NCBI GenBank assembly: GCA_964565945.1
Contig: CAZMGY010000015.1
Span: 1 to 32,000, forward strand
Length of the DNA: 32,000 nucleotides
Direction of reading: 5' to 3'
Source: an uncultured bacterium
GTDB lineage: Bacteria; GCA-001730085
The notes beneath the pieces are model-generated. The model was not told where the DNA came from, did no database searches, and saw only the letters and a program-made list of their open reading frames with translations. Each line of letters starts with the position of its first letter. Positions within the stretch are counted from its first letter, which is position 1. Shown here one piece after another: positions 1-9,114 of the stretch. The translations under genes were made by a program, and so were the position numbers.

Positions 1-69
1 ATAAAAATAAAAATAAATCTACTCATAATGATTTCATTATGTCACTAAAATACTTTATTGTCCATTATT

Positions 70-1500
70 TTAAGATAAAAGCTTAGAAATAAGCCCGTTA
101 ACTAATTTTGGGTTAGCCTTCCCTTGCGTACGATACATGACTTGCCCCACAAAAAATCCAATCGCTTTTTTGTTGCCAGCCTGAAAATCAGCCACTGATT
201 GAGGATTGTCTGCAATGATTTTTTTGAGCATTTTTTCGAGATCCGAAATATCCGAAATCTGCTTAAGTCCTTTATTTTCAATGATTTGAGAAGATTTCTT
301 ACCTTCGTTAAACATAAGTTCAAACACCATTTTGGCATTCTGATGACTGATCACATCCTCCTTAACAAAACTAATCAATTCGACCAATTCTTGAGGAGAC
401 ACTTTGGAATGAGCAGCTGTCAAGTTGTGCTGATTCAGTTCTTTGAGAAACTCTCCCATCACCCAATTGCTCACCAGTTTAGGCTCGTTCAACAACTGGA
501 CACAGTCTTCAAAGTAGTTAGCCAAAACTTTTTGCGAGGTTAACACACCCGCATCGTAAACAGGCAAACCATAATCTTCGACAAAACGTTGCTTGCGTTG
601 CTGGGGCAACTCTGGCAAACTCTCTCTAATTTGATCTAAGTAGGCCTGATCTTTTAAATAAATGGTTGGCAAATCAGGCTCTGGAAAATAACGATAATCA
701 TGCGCATCTTCTTTGCTGCGCATCGGCAAAGTTTTTTCGTTCACAGCATCCCATAAACGAGTTTCTTGAACCACCTGTTCACCAGACTCAAGTAATTTCT
801 TTTGACGCTCGACTTCATAGACAATTGCTTTCTGTACACCTCGAAACGAATTCATATTTTTCACTTCGGTTCTAGTACCAAACGTATCGGAGCCAAGAGG
901 CATAATCGAAACATTGGCATCGCAACGCAAAGATCCTTCTTGCATATTGCAATCACTCACCTCAATATATTCCAAAATGGCTTTCAAATTGCTTAAATAA
1001 GCATACACTTCTTCGGGATTGCGCATATCTGGTTCACTCACAATCTCAATCAAAGGCACACCTCCACGATTGTAATCTACCGCACTATAGTCGGATCCTT
1101 CAACATGCGTCAATTTACCGGCATCTTCTTCGATATGAATCCGAGTTACCCCTAAACGCTTCTCACCAGCTTCAGTGTCGATCATAATATGACCATGCTC
1201 ACACAAAGGTTTATCGAACTGCGAAATCTGATAGGCTTTGCACAAATCGGGATAAAAATAATTTTTACGATCCATCTTAGATACAGTGGCCACCTGGCAA
1301 TTTAGCGCATAACCAGCCATAACCGCATACTCAACCACCTTTTGATTAAGTACTGGAAGGGTCCCTGGCAAACCTAAACACACGGGACAAACTTTACTAT
1401 TCGGCTCTGCCCCAAATACATTTTCACAGCCACAAAAAATTTTACTCTGAGTTTTCAGCTGCGTGTGTACTTCGAGTCCAATAACCGTTATGTATTCCAT
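70..1500 (-). CDS. gatB: Asp/Glu-tRNA(Asn/Gln) amidotransferase subunit B
   Basis: Full-length 476-aa ORF. N-terminus MEYITVIGLEVHTQL...IFCGC and the C-terminal YqeY-like tail are typical of GatB. Lies downstream of gatC-gatA on the same strand. Confidence 0.95.
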   Translation of the reverse strand: MEYITVIGLEVHTQLKTQSKIFCGCENVFGAEPNSKVCPVCLGLPGTLPVLNQKVVEYAVMAGYALNCQVATVSKMDRKNYFYPDLCKAYQISQFDKPLCEHGHIMIDTEAGEKRLGVTRIHIEEDAGKLTHVEGSDYSAVDYNRGGVPLIEIVSEPDMRNPEEVYAYLSNLKAILEYIEVSDCNMQEGSLRCDANVSIMPLGSDTFGTRTEVKNMNSFRGVQKAIVYEVERQKKLLESGEQVVQETRLWDAVNEKTLPMRSKEDAHDYRYFPEPDLPTIYLKDQAYLDQIRESLPELPQQRKQRFVEDYGLPVYDAGVLTSQKVLANYFEDCVQLLNEPKLVSNWVMGEFLKELNQHNLTAAHSKVSPQELVELISFVKEDVISHQNAKMVFELMFNEGKKSSQIIENKGLKQISDISDLEKMLKKIIADNPQSVADFQAGNKKAIGFFVGQVMYRTQGKANPKLVNGLISKLLS

Positions 1501-1516
1501 ATTTCAACATCCTTTT

Positions 1517-1666
1517 TTGTCATTCCCATTTTTCTCTGGCCCCCCCCCCATGTAAAGCCGAATCCATGACTATAAATTTTCCGTCATCCCCTGGTTTGAC
1601 CACGGGATCCACTCATGAATCCATGCCTACTGAGCCCACAATCAAGTCGCGGGATGACAAAGTCAT
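1517..1666. repeat. Cluster of short palindromic GTCATYCC-type repeats (REP/MITE-like) plus a C10 homopolymer in the gatA-gatB spacer
   Basis: GTCATTCC at 1519-1526, GTCATCCC at 1583-1590 and its inverted copy GGGATGAC at 1651-1658. Hairpin ATCCCCTGG-tttga-CCACGGGAT at 1586-1608. Direct 9-mers GAATCCATG at 1560-1568 and 1617-1625. ATGAC-aaa-GTCAT at 1654-1666. C10 run at 1540-1549. Confidence 0.6.
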
Positions 1667-1685
1667 ACTAAGTAAGACAACATAC

Positions 1686-3179
1686 TTACAAACTACACTC
1701 TAATGTGACACCCAATTCTTTCTCATAAGTCGCCGCTACGCGAAATAACGAACTTAAACCCTGCTCCAGCTGACCATCGGTAACTAACTGAACACTCAAA
1801 GGCAAACCATCTTGGTTTAAACCACTCGGAATAGAGATTCCTGGCAAACCTGCTAAATTAATGCTAATCGTAAAAATATCCGACAAATACATTTGTAAAG
1901 GGTCATCAGTTTTTGATCCCATACGAAAGGCTGGCGTTGGCGAAGTCGGCAACATAAGTGCATCAAATCCTTGTTCAGTAAATAATTTTTGATAATCTCG
2001 TTTGATTAAAGTTCTCACCCGTTGCGCTTTTTTGTAGTAGGCATCGTAGTAACCCGAACTAAGCACATACGTTCCCAACAAGATACGTCGTTTCACCTCG
2101 GCTCCAAATCCAACATCCCTGGTTTCGCAGTACATATCAGCCAAATTTTGACTCCCTGTGTACCGGTAACCATACTGCACACCATCGTAACGTGCCAAGT
2201 TCGAAGAGGCTTCGGCCGTCGCAATAATATAATACACCGAGACTGCATATTTGCTATGAGGCAACTCAACATCTTCCACGGTCGCTCCCATACGTTCCAA
2301 AAGTTCTTTGGCCTCTCGCAAAGACTGTTGCACCTCGTCGTCCACAGCTTCTGACCACGAAGACTGAGGAATACCTATTTTCATGCCTTCCACCCCAGAC
2401 TCCAAATGAGACAAGTAGTGTCCATACAAGCGCTCATCTTGAATTGACGTCGCATCCTGAGGATCATGCCCCGCAATCACCTGCATCAGCAAAGCAGCAT
2501 CATGAACATGACGAGTGAAGGGTCCAATCTGATCCAAGGATGAAGCAAAAGCCGCTAAGCCAAAGCGGGACACTTCTCCATAAATAGGTTTAAGTCCAAC
2601 TGTGCCACAAAAAGAGGCCGGCTGACGAATCGAACCACCAGTATCCGAACCCAAAGCCACCGCGGCTAAACGAGAAGTAACAACCGCGGCCGACCCACCA
2701 CTGGATCCACCAGGAACACAATCGAGATCCCAAGGATTTTTAGTCACACCCAAGGCCGATGTTTCGGTCGATGACCCCATAGCAAACTCATCCATATTGG
2801 TCCGCCCTAAAATCACTGCATCTTCAGCAAGCAAGCGATCAATCACAAAAGCATTGTAAGGCGAATGATACGGCTGTCCTTGGGCACCTAAAATGTTTGA
2901 TGCCGAAGACAAAGGCTTTCCTTGTTCAGAAATATTATCTTTAATCGCCACAGGCACCCCTGCCATCAATCCCAAGGGCTGATTAGCTTTAACTTTAGCA
3001 TCAATCGCTTCGGCTTGTTTCATCGAACCCTCACGATCAAGATACACATACCCATTGATTAACTCATTCAAACGATCAATCCGCTCCCAATACGCTCGAC
3101 ATACATCAACAGCACTGATCTCTTCGGTTTCGATTTTGTCAACAATTTCATACGCCGGGAGTAAAGTTAAATCGCTCAT
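1686..3179 (-). CDS. gatA: Glu-tRNA(Gln) amidotransferase subunit A (amidase signature family)
   Basis: 497-aa ORF with the amidase signature GGSSGGSAAVV...GSDTGGSIRQPA. Its start overlaps the gatC stop (ATGA). Confidence 0.95.
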   Translation of the reverse strand: MSDLTLLPAYEIVDKIETEEISAVDVCRAYWERIDRLNELINGYVYLDREGSMKQAEAIDAKVKANQPLGLMAGVPVAIKDNISEQGKPLSSASNILGAQGQPYHSPYNAFVIDRLLAEDAVILGRTNMDEFAMGSSTETSALGVTKNPWDLDCVPGGSSGGSAAVVTSRLAAVALGSDTGGSIRQPASFCGTVGLKPIYGEVSRFGLAAFASSLDQIGPFTRHVHDAALLMQVIAGHDPQDATSIQDERLYGHYLSHLESGVEGMKIGIPQSSWSEAVDDEVQQSLREAKELLERMGATVEDVELPHSKYAVSVYYIIATAEASSNLARYDGVQYGYRYTGSQNLADMYCETRDVGFGAEVKRRILLGTYVLSSGYYDAYYKKAQRVRTLIKRDYQKLFTEQGFDALMLPTSPTPAFRMGSKTDDPLQMYLSDIFTISINLAGLPGISIPSGLNQDGLPLSVQLVTDGQLEQGLSSLFRVAATYEKELGVTLECSL

Positions 3180-3481
3180 GAGTGCTCTATCACTTTAGGA
3201 ACTGCAAATGATCCTTTGCGGGCATCGGCTGATTCTTTTAAAATATCTTCACGATCCATCGAAGGCTGTGCTTTATCTTCCCGCAAACGTGAATTTTCGC
3301 TAGACCAAGTATACATCGTAGGCTGCACATTCTCTTTATCTAGAATTTCGTCCAACTCATTCAGTTGTTCCACATAATCTAAAATGGTGTTCAACTGCCC
3401 CACAAAAAGCTCTTGTTCCTGTTCATTGATTTTGAGATGAGCCAGCTTAGCAATATAAGCCACATCTTGGGTTGTGATCAC
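3176..3481 (-). CDS. gatC: Asp/Glu-tRNA amidotransferase subunit C
   Basis: 101-aa ORF, ...VAYIAKLAHLKI..EQE....L..IL.YVEQL..., typical of GatC. GTG start. 4-bp overlap with gatA. Confidence 0.9.
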   Translation of the reverse strand: MITTQDVAYIAKLAHLKINEQEQELFVGQLNTILDYVEQLNELDEILDKENVQPTMYTWSSENSRLREDKAQPSMDREDILKESADARKGSFAVPKVIEHS

Positions 3482-3516
3482 GCGTTTTTCTCCTTTTGCT
3501 TGTATTCAAAGCTTTA

Positions 3517-4401
3517 CTACGTTAAAACCTGCTGCAAGGCCCGAACCAAAGTCACAAAATCCTCAGACGACATATTTTGAGGTCGCCTTTGAGGCTCAAT
3601 ATTAGCCACCTCAAGCGACTGAGCCAATTGATCATCTGTAACAATATGACCACCCAACGCCATGCCACGCATACTGCTACCAATGGTCTTACGCCTTTGC
3701 TGAAAAACCGTTTGCACCACAGGAAACACTTCTTGATCTTCGGGGGCATTCACCAAAAGTTTAAAATCCACCTTCACCGCAGCAGAATCCACTTTAGGCT
3801 GTGGATAAAAACACTGCCGCGGCACTTTCGCCACTCGGGAAACCTGGGCCCAAAGGGAAAAATAGACAGATAGTCGATTATAGTCCTTTGAATGCAGTGG
3901 TGCAATCATTTTTTGGACCACTTCATCTTGCAACAACAAAACAGCGCGCTTAATACGATGTCTAGCCTGTAAAAGCTGCATCAAAACAGGTCCTGTGATC
4001 GAATAAGGTACATTACTTAAAACTTTAAATGTCTGATTGGGATAAAGCCGTTCCCAATCATGCTTAAAAATATCGCAATGCACCAAGTCCCAATGCGCTT
4101 GATAATCTCCTTTGTCGCGAATATCGGTCAAGTACCTCACCACACCTTGATCAATCTCTATGGAAGTAAAATCAATCGGCAAGTTGAGTAATAAAAACGT
4201 CATCGCACCTAAACCTGGTCCAACTTCGAGAATGCGTTCATCGGGCTGGATATCCAAGGATTGAGTAATTTTAGAAGCCATTGATTCATCAATCAAAAAG
4301 TTCTGACCCAATTGTTTCAAAGGCCGCAGACCATACTGCTCTAAAATCATTTGAATCCGTGTTTTGGTGGGATACTTTAACATTGAAAACGAATCGCCCA
4401 T
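3517..4401 (-). CDS. rsmA: 16S rRNA (adenine1518/1519-N6)-dimethyltransferase
   Basis: LGQNFLID and the SAM-binding motif ILEVGPGLGAMT. pdxA-rsmA synteny. The start could instead be the Met at 4383; both options overlap pdxA. Confidence 0.9.
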   Translation of the reverse strand: MGDSFSMLKYPTKTRIQMILEQYGLRPLKQLGQNFLIDESMASKITQSLDIQPDERILEVGPGLGAMTFLLLNLPIDFTSIEIDQGVVRYLTDIRDKGDYQAHWDLVHCDIFKHDWERLYPNQTFKVLSNVPYSITGPVLMQLLQARHRIKRAVLLLQDEVVQKMIAPLHSKDYNRLSVYFSLWAQVSRVAKVPRQCFYPQPKVDSAAVKVDFKLLVNAPEDQEVFPVVQTVFQQRRKTIGSSMRGMALGGHIVTDDQLAQSLEVANIEPQRRPQNMSSEDFVTLVRALQQVLT

Positions 4402-5357
4402 TCAATAGCAGCAATCATACTGCCTTCATGAGCTTTGTTTTGAGCTACAATATCATAAGCCGTACCATGATCCACCGATGTTCGCATATAAGGCAAGCCC
4501 AGTGTCACATTGATTCCTGTTTCGAAAGCCAACATTTTGAAAGGGATCAACCCTTGATCGTGATACATCGCTAGCACAAAATCGTAACGTTTAAGCTTTT
4601 GGGGAATAAAAAAACTATCTGCGGGAAAAGGCCCTTCCACATCCAAACCTTCTTGGCGCGCTTGTTCCAAAGCAGGAATAATCGTGGTGAGCTCCTCGTC
4701 CCCTATTTTGCCAGCTTCGCCAGCATGAGGATTTAAACCACAAACACCGATTTTGACCTGACCGTTCTGAGAATAGGGTTTCACTTGGTCCTGAATCAAA
4801 TGAAGCATACTCAAAAGGTCTTCACGATTAATCTGGGACGCAACATCTTTAAGAGGCACATGACGTGTTAAAACCGCCAGTTTAAATTCTTCGGAAAAAA
4901 ACGACATCAAGTAACGCGAAACCCCAAACGAGCGCGCAAAAAATTCGGTATGACCTGGATCATCATAACCCGCCATACGCCAGGCCGCCTTACTGATTGG
5001 TGCCGTTGCCACAGCGTCCACATGTTGATTTTGCAAAAGCTCAACAACTTTTTTCAGATAACTCATCGAAGCATGTCCTCCTTCGGGGCCGTCCTGACCT
5101 CGCTGATAATGAGAAAAATCATGGTCATCGATCGAAAGAATTTGCAAAGGCTGGTCGGTCGAAGCCAACACCTCCTCCACCACCCAATCATCGGACCAGG
5201 GCAAACGCAATTCCGTCGCTTGCTGCTCAAGTAATCTTGCCCCTCCAATCAAAACCAGACAACATTGTTTTTGAACATCGGCATTTAAAGCAGCTTTAAG
5301 CGAGACTTCGGGCCCTATCCCACAAGGATCGCCCACCGTGATGGCAATACGTTGCAC
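4377..5357 (-). CDS. pdxA: 4-hydroxythreonine-4-phosphate dehydrogenase
   Basis: IAITVGDPCGIGPE N-terminus, HTEFF, GLNPHAGE and HGTA motifs. GTG start. Position between the surA-like gene and rsmA matches the classical surA-pdxA-ksgA operon. Confidence 0.9.
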   Translation of the reverse strand: MQRIAITVGDPCGIGPEVSLKAALNADVQKQCCLVLIGGARLLEQQATELRLPWSDDWVVEEVLASTDQPLQILSIDDHDFSHYQRGQDGPEGGHASMSYLKKVVELLQNQHVDAVATAPISKAAWRMAGYDDPGHTEFFARSFGVSRYLMSFFSEEFKLAVLTRHVPLKDVASQINREDLLSMLHLIQDQVKPYSQNGQVKIGVCGLNPHAGEAGKIGDEELTTIIPALEQARQEGLDVEGPFPADSFFIPQKLKRYDFVLAMYHDQGLIPFKMLAFETGINVTLGLPYMRTSVDHGTAYDIVAQNKAHEGSMIAAIEWAIRFQC

Positions 5358-5362
5358 CTAAT

Positions 5363-6322
5363 TTAGCTTAGCTCCGCTTTGTATTCGATGAAAGCTTTTT
5401 TGCGCAGTTTGCTAAGAGTTTTATGGTACTTATCTTCGGCTTTTTGGGCAAAAACTCTCTGGCGCACACGATCTTCTACCTCAGACAATAACATCTGACG
5501 TGGCTGCTTGCGTGATATCAACTTTAAAATATGAAAGCCTGCCGAAGACTCCACTGGAGGACTAATATCTCCAATAAACATTTGCGACAAAGCATCCTCC
5601 ACTTCTTCCAACATTTGACCATTTTTCAAAAAACCTAAATCGCCGCCTTTGGACGCATTCGGTCCCTTAGAGAATTGTCGGGCCAAATCCTCAAAATTTT
5701 CACCACTTTTGAGCGATTGCAAGACCTGCTCAGTTTTTTTGCGAGCAAAAGCTTTTTCACTCTCGTTGCCAAAAGAGATAAAAATCTGGCTTGCGCGTAT
5801 TTCGGCCGAATCCCTATATTTTATTTTGTGTTGATCATAAAAATCTTTCATTTCGCTAGCCCGCACCCGGATGCCTTGAGAAATATAAGAATCTCGGTAA
5901 CGTTTGGAATACATCCTACGTTTAACACTTTCACGAAAGTTTTTTTCACTAATACCTTGAACACGCAAAACATCCACAAACTTCTGTTCAGTTCCAAATT
6001 GCACCTTAATCTCTTCGACAGACCGCTCAATGTCTGCCGATTTAACCTTAATGCCTTTCTGAACCGCTTCTTGATAAATTAAAAGTTGTTCAATCATCCT
6101 TTCCAAAATCATCTTACGCGCTTCCATCAATTTTGCGTGCAATTCTTCGCCTTGAAAAGTTTGCTCGTATTGCTGTTTAACCGCCATAAAAGCTCTATCG
6201 AGTTCTTTGGCAGTAATAATCTGATCATTGACTACCACCACCACACGATCGATCACATTAGCTTGCAAAGGCGCTGCCAACAACATCGCCACACACGTTA
6301 CTCGTTTAAAGTTTCGAAACAT
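5363..6322 (-). CDS. Periplasmic chaperone / parvulin-type peptidyl-prolyl isomerase (SurA-like)
   Basis: Signal peptide MFRNFKRVTCVAMLLAAPLQA. SurA-N-like helical region followed by a parvulin domain (GGDLGF...GFHILKL). Start placed at ATG 6322, 7 nt after the strong SD AAGGAGG, rather than the TTG at 6340. Confidence 0.8.
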   Translation of the reverse strand: MFRNFKRVTCVAMLLAAPLQANVIDRVVVVVNDQIITAKELDRAFMAVKQQYEQTFQGEELHAKLMEARKMILERMIEQLLIYQEAVQKGIKVKSADIERSVEEIKVQFGTEQKFVDVLRVQGISEKNFRESVKRRMYSKRYRDSYISQGIRVRASEMKDFYDQHKIKYRDSAEIRASQIFISFGNESEKAFARKKTEQVLQSLKSGENFEDLARQFSKGPNASKGGDLGFLKNGQMLEEVEDALSQMFIGDISPPVESSAGFHILKLISRKQPRQMLLSEVEDRVRQRVFAQKAEDKYHKTLSKLRKKAFIEYKAELS

Positions 6323-6343
6323 TCCAAACCTCCTTATCAAATA

Positions 6344-7717
6344 TTAAACACCTATAATTTCTTGCATTACTTTTTTATAAGCCTCAACACCTGGCTGATC
6401 GTAAGCATTCACATTGAGCAACTCACCTTCAAAAGCGGTCGCATACTCTAAAAAGTATAACAACTGTCCCAGGTAAAATGGGGTCAATTCAGGCAGTGTC
6501 AAACAACATGTCGGACGCTCGGCACTGGCCAAAGAACGCTCATTCGATACGCGCGCAATGCGCAACAAATCTTCCATTTTTTGATTCCCAATAAACGCAA
6601 TAGCTTTTTGTTCCGACAAAACATCGGGAATCGTCAAACTTTGATCTTGATAATCTGCAATATCAATAAACGTGATCACCCGTGAATTATCCCCTTCGAA
6701 GTGCTGTTGGGTTTGAGCATGCATATCGGTGGTTCCCACAGCAGGAATCGGCGTGCGTCCTTCGTAAACCACATCTCCGCTACGATTAAACTTTTTGCCC
6801 AAACTTTCGGCTAACAGCTGCACATACCAATCCCCCACCGACTTAAGCGCATTGGAATAGGGCATCATAACCCCTAAGTTCTTACCTTTATTTTTATACA
6901 AAAGCCAATGCAAAAAAGCATATAAGGCGGCTGAATTTTCAAAAATATCTTCTTTTTGACACCATTCATCCATAGCTTTGGCGCCTTCAATTAATTCAAA
7001 GATATCAATACCCGCAACAGCCGCTGTCAACAAACCAACTTCCGACAATACGGTCCAACGTCCACCGACACCTTCAGGAACGATAAAAGAATCCCAACCA
7101 TATTGCTTAACCATCGAACGCAACAAACCTTTGTTCTCATCTGTCACCGCAGTGATTTGATCTTGAACGCTACCACCAGCTTTTTCAATCACATCCAAAA
7201 TAACGGCAAAGCTACTCATCGGCTCAATCGTTCCTCCCGATTTAGAAATAATCACAAACTTAGTGCTTTTCACATCAATCACGTCCAACAAAGCTTTCAA
7301 GCGCGCGGGGTCCAAATTATCGCCGGCAAAATAAAGCTTAGGACAACTTCGACGAGCTTCTTCGCACTCATTGTAGTAAGGATCATTTAAAGCCTCTTGC
7401 AAAGTTTTGTTCCCCAAATACGACCCTCCAATGCCTAAAGACACCACCGTGCTGTATTTGACTTTCACAGCCTCGGCCCAATTAGTAATTTGTTTAAGCT
7501 TATCAGCCGATTGATAAGGCAAACCCATAAACAATACTTGCTCACCATGCTCAACCACCGCCCCGTTGCGAATGGTTTTTATCTTGGCGAACGCCTGACT
7601 GAGAGAGTCCTGATACTGTGCAAAATCCTCCGCATTCAAACCATGTTCGGCACCGATCTTATCTTGGAATAAATAGGAAAAATCACACGTTAAACTACGA
7701 TTATTGGTTATTTTCAT
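6344..7717 (-). CDS. pgi: Glucose-6-phosphate isomerase (short bacterial type)
   Basis: SLGIGGSYLG, ISKSGGT.EP and the C-terminal isomerase region. Start moved to ATG 7717 (SD AGGAGA upstream). The longer ORF to 7774 overlaps the upstream TPR gene. Confidence 0.85.
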   Translation of the reverse strand: MKITNNRSLTCDFSYLFQDKIGAEHGLNAEDFAQYQDSLSQAFAKIKTIRNGAVVEHGEQVLFMGLPYQSADKLKQITNWAEAVKVKYSTVVSLGIGGSYLGNKTLQEALNDPYYNECEEARRSCPKLYFAGDNLDPARLKALLDVIDVKSTKFVIISKSGGTIEPMSSFAVILDVIEKAGGSVQDQITAVTDENKGLLRSMVKQYGWDSFIVPEGVGGRWTVLSEVGLLTAAVAGIDIFELIEGAKAMDEWCQKEDIFENSAALYAFLHWLLYKNKGKNLGVMMPYSNALKSVGDWYVQLLAESLGKKFNRSGDVVYEGRTPIPAVGTTDMHAQTQQHFEGDNSRVITFIDIADYQDQSLTIPDVLSEQKAIAFIGNQKMEDLLRIARVSNERSLASAERPTCCLTLPELTPFYLGQLLYFLEYATAFEGELLNVNAYDQPGVEAYKKVMQEIIGV

Positions 7718-8693
7718 CGTTTTTTGAATCTCCTGTTTGTTGCAGTTCTTGAATCCATGATTCCACTTCAGCACGATCTACTGCCGTAGGAACAATCATT
7801 AAATACTTTTTATAGTGAAAAATGGCTCGTTTGCGATTGAATAAATAATCACTATAAATCACACCCAAATTGTAATGAACATCGGCCGATTCATCGTTCT
7901 TGTCCAAAATACTCTTAAACTCATCAAGAGCTTTATTATACATTTCTTTCTTCACATAGATCACCCCAAGATTCACCCGAGAACGCAAATCTTCAGGATC
8001 CAATTCAATCGCCTTCACATACATCGGAATGGCCTCATCAAGCTTCCCTAAAGTGTAGAACATATCGGCCTTATTAAAAAAAGCGGCTGAGTAACGCGGA
8101 TACTCTTTGATAAGAAAGTTGAATATCTCAAGACTTTTCTCGGCATTTTTGATCTTAAACAAAGCGATAGCTTTGTTAAGCAACACATAAGGATTCTTAG
8201 GTTGCAACTTAAGCGCTTGATTATAATAGTCCATCGCCCGCTGGAACTCCTTGGTTCCTAACAAAGCGTCGCCACGACGCAAGAGGCTTTCAAACTTCTC
8301 ACTTTCTGCAGAGCGCAACACCTCAGGTGTCATTCCTTTTTGAAGTTGATATTTTTCCTTGAAGGTTTTTACCCTTTCAATCAACTTACCCAGTTCGCGA
8401 ACTTTATCCTCACAGCGACCAATCTGAATGTCAACCAAAATCAAAGGCCCCCAATCCGCGTGATCCTTTTTGACGGACTGGAACTGTTGAAGAGCCTTCT
8501 TATACAACTCCATTGCATCAAGATAGAAGCCTTTTTGCGTCTTTTGATCGGCGAGCTCAACCTTTTGCTTATAAGCCTTATAAAGCTCAATCGGACCAGA
8601 AGATGCCCAAAGAATCGTGGCTTGAAATAAGAGCAGTAATGTTAAAAAACATACCCCCCTCCTATTAATCCTTTGATTCCATGTAGGTAACAT
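7701..8693 (-). CDS. Secreted tetratricopeptide-repeat protein
   Basis: Predicted signal peptide (RINRRGVCFLTLLLLFQATILWA|SS) followed by multiple TPR-like units (A...Y.KAL.L.P.N). Start uncertain: ATG 8693 has GGAGA upstream. Confidence 0.65.
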   Translation of the reverse strand: MLPTWNQRINRRGVCFLTLLLLFQATILWASSGPIELYKAYKQKVELADQKTQKGFYLDAMELYKKALQQFQSVKKDHADWGPLILVDIQIGRCEDKVRELGKLIERVKTFKEKYQLQKGMTPEVLRSAESEKFESLLRRGDALLGTKEFQRAMDYYNQALKLQPKNPYVLLNKAIALFKIKNAEKSLEIFNFLIKEYPRYSAAFFNKADMFYTLGKLDEAIPMYVKAIELDPEDLRSRVNLGVIYVKKEMYNKALDEFKSILDKNDESADVHYNLGVIYSDYLFNRKRAIFHYKKYLMIVPTAVDRAEVESWIQELQQTGDSKNDENNQ

Positions 8694-9027
8694 ATTTCTC
8701 CAAAGCCTTACGTTTTGATTTTTCAAGATCTGCAAAAAAAACAGCCATTTCACGCGACCCAGGCTCAGCCTTCAAAGGCTCCGAACGAACCACCACCCCA
8801 GGACAATTGATTTTATTGACATTTTTTTTGCCTTTGGCATCGGGGCCTGGCAATAGCAAGGTCACAATAACCTTGGTCATCAAAGGCATTTCTTTATTTA
8901 TTTTAAACGATACCCCAGACACACTAATATCCTTTGCTTCGGAAATCATATTACTTTCAGCATCACTGATGGCAATCGCAATATCGCCCTTCACACGCTT
9001 ATGGCAACGCTTTTCTTCTTGAGACAT
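8665..9027 (-). CDS. PilZ-domain protein (putative c-di-GMP receptor)
   Basis: 120-aa ORF with an N-terminal basic KRCHKR motif (RxxxR-like) and DISVSGVSF (D/NxSxxG), the two halves of the PilZ c-di-GMP binding signature. Confidence 0.7.
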   Translation of the reverse strand: MSQEEKRCHKRVKGDIAIAISDAESNMISEAKDISVSGVSFKINKEMPLMTKVIVTLLLPGPDAKGKKNVNKINCPGVVVRSEPLKAEPGSREMAVFFADLEKSKRKALEKYVTYMESKD

Positions 9028-9077
9028 AATCCAATCCTGACCTTAATTAAAAAATTATATGTAAATAGCAAAAATCT

Positions 9078-9107
9078 ATTTTAACATGGCTATTTTTGAA
9101 GTGTCAA
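9078..9107 (-). promoter_or_regulatory. Sigma70-like promoter upstream of the PilZ gene
   Basis: On the minus strand: TTGACA (9107-9102), 18-nt spacer, TAAAAT (9083-9078). About 45 nt upstream of the ATG at 9027. Confidence 0.55.
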
Positions 9108-9114
9108 TTTAAGT

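Noticed and set aside
1-41. AT-only palindrome CATAATGA-tt-TCATTATG (24-41) followed on the minus strand by T-rich sequence, as a gatB terminator
   Set aside because: The stem is 8 bp but has only two G:C pairs (otherwise A/T) and a 2-nt loop, so it is very weak thermodynamically. The T tract is not adjacent. It also sits at the window edge, so the context is incomplete.
199-5299. Plus-strand ORFs nested antisense in gatB, gatA, rsmA and pdxA (e.g. 199-543, 2022-2354, 3577-3873, 4997-5299)
   Set aside because: They sit entirely within strongly supported minus-strand genes. They have low-complexity or odd composition (R/H/K/P rich) and no motifs or SD sequences, as expected for antisense artefacts.
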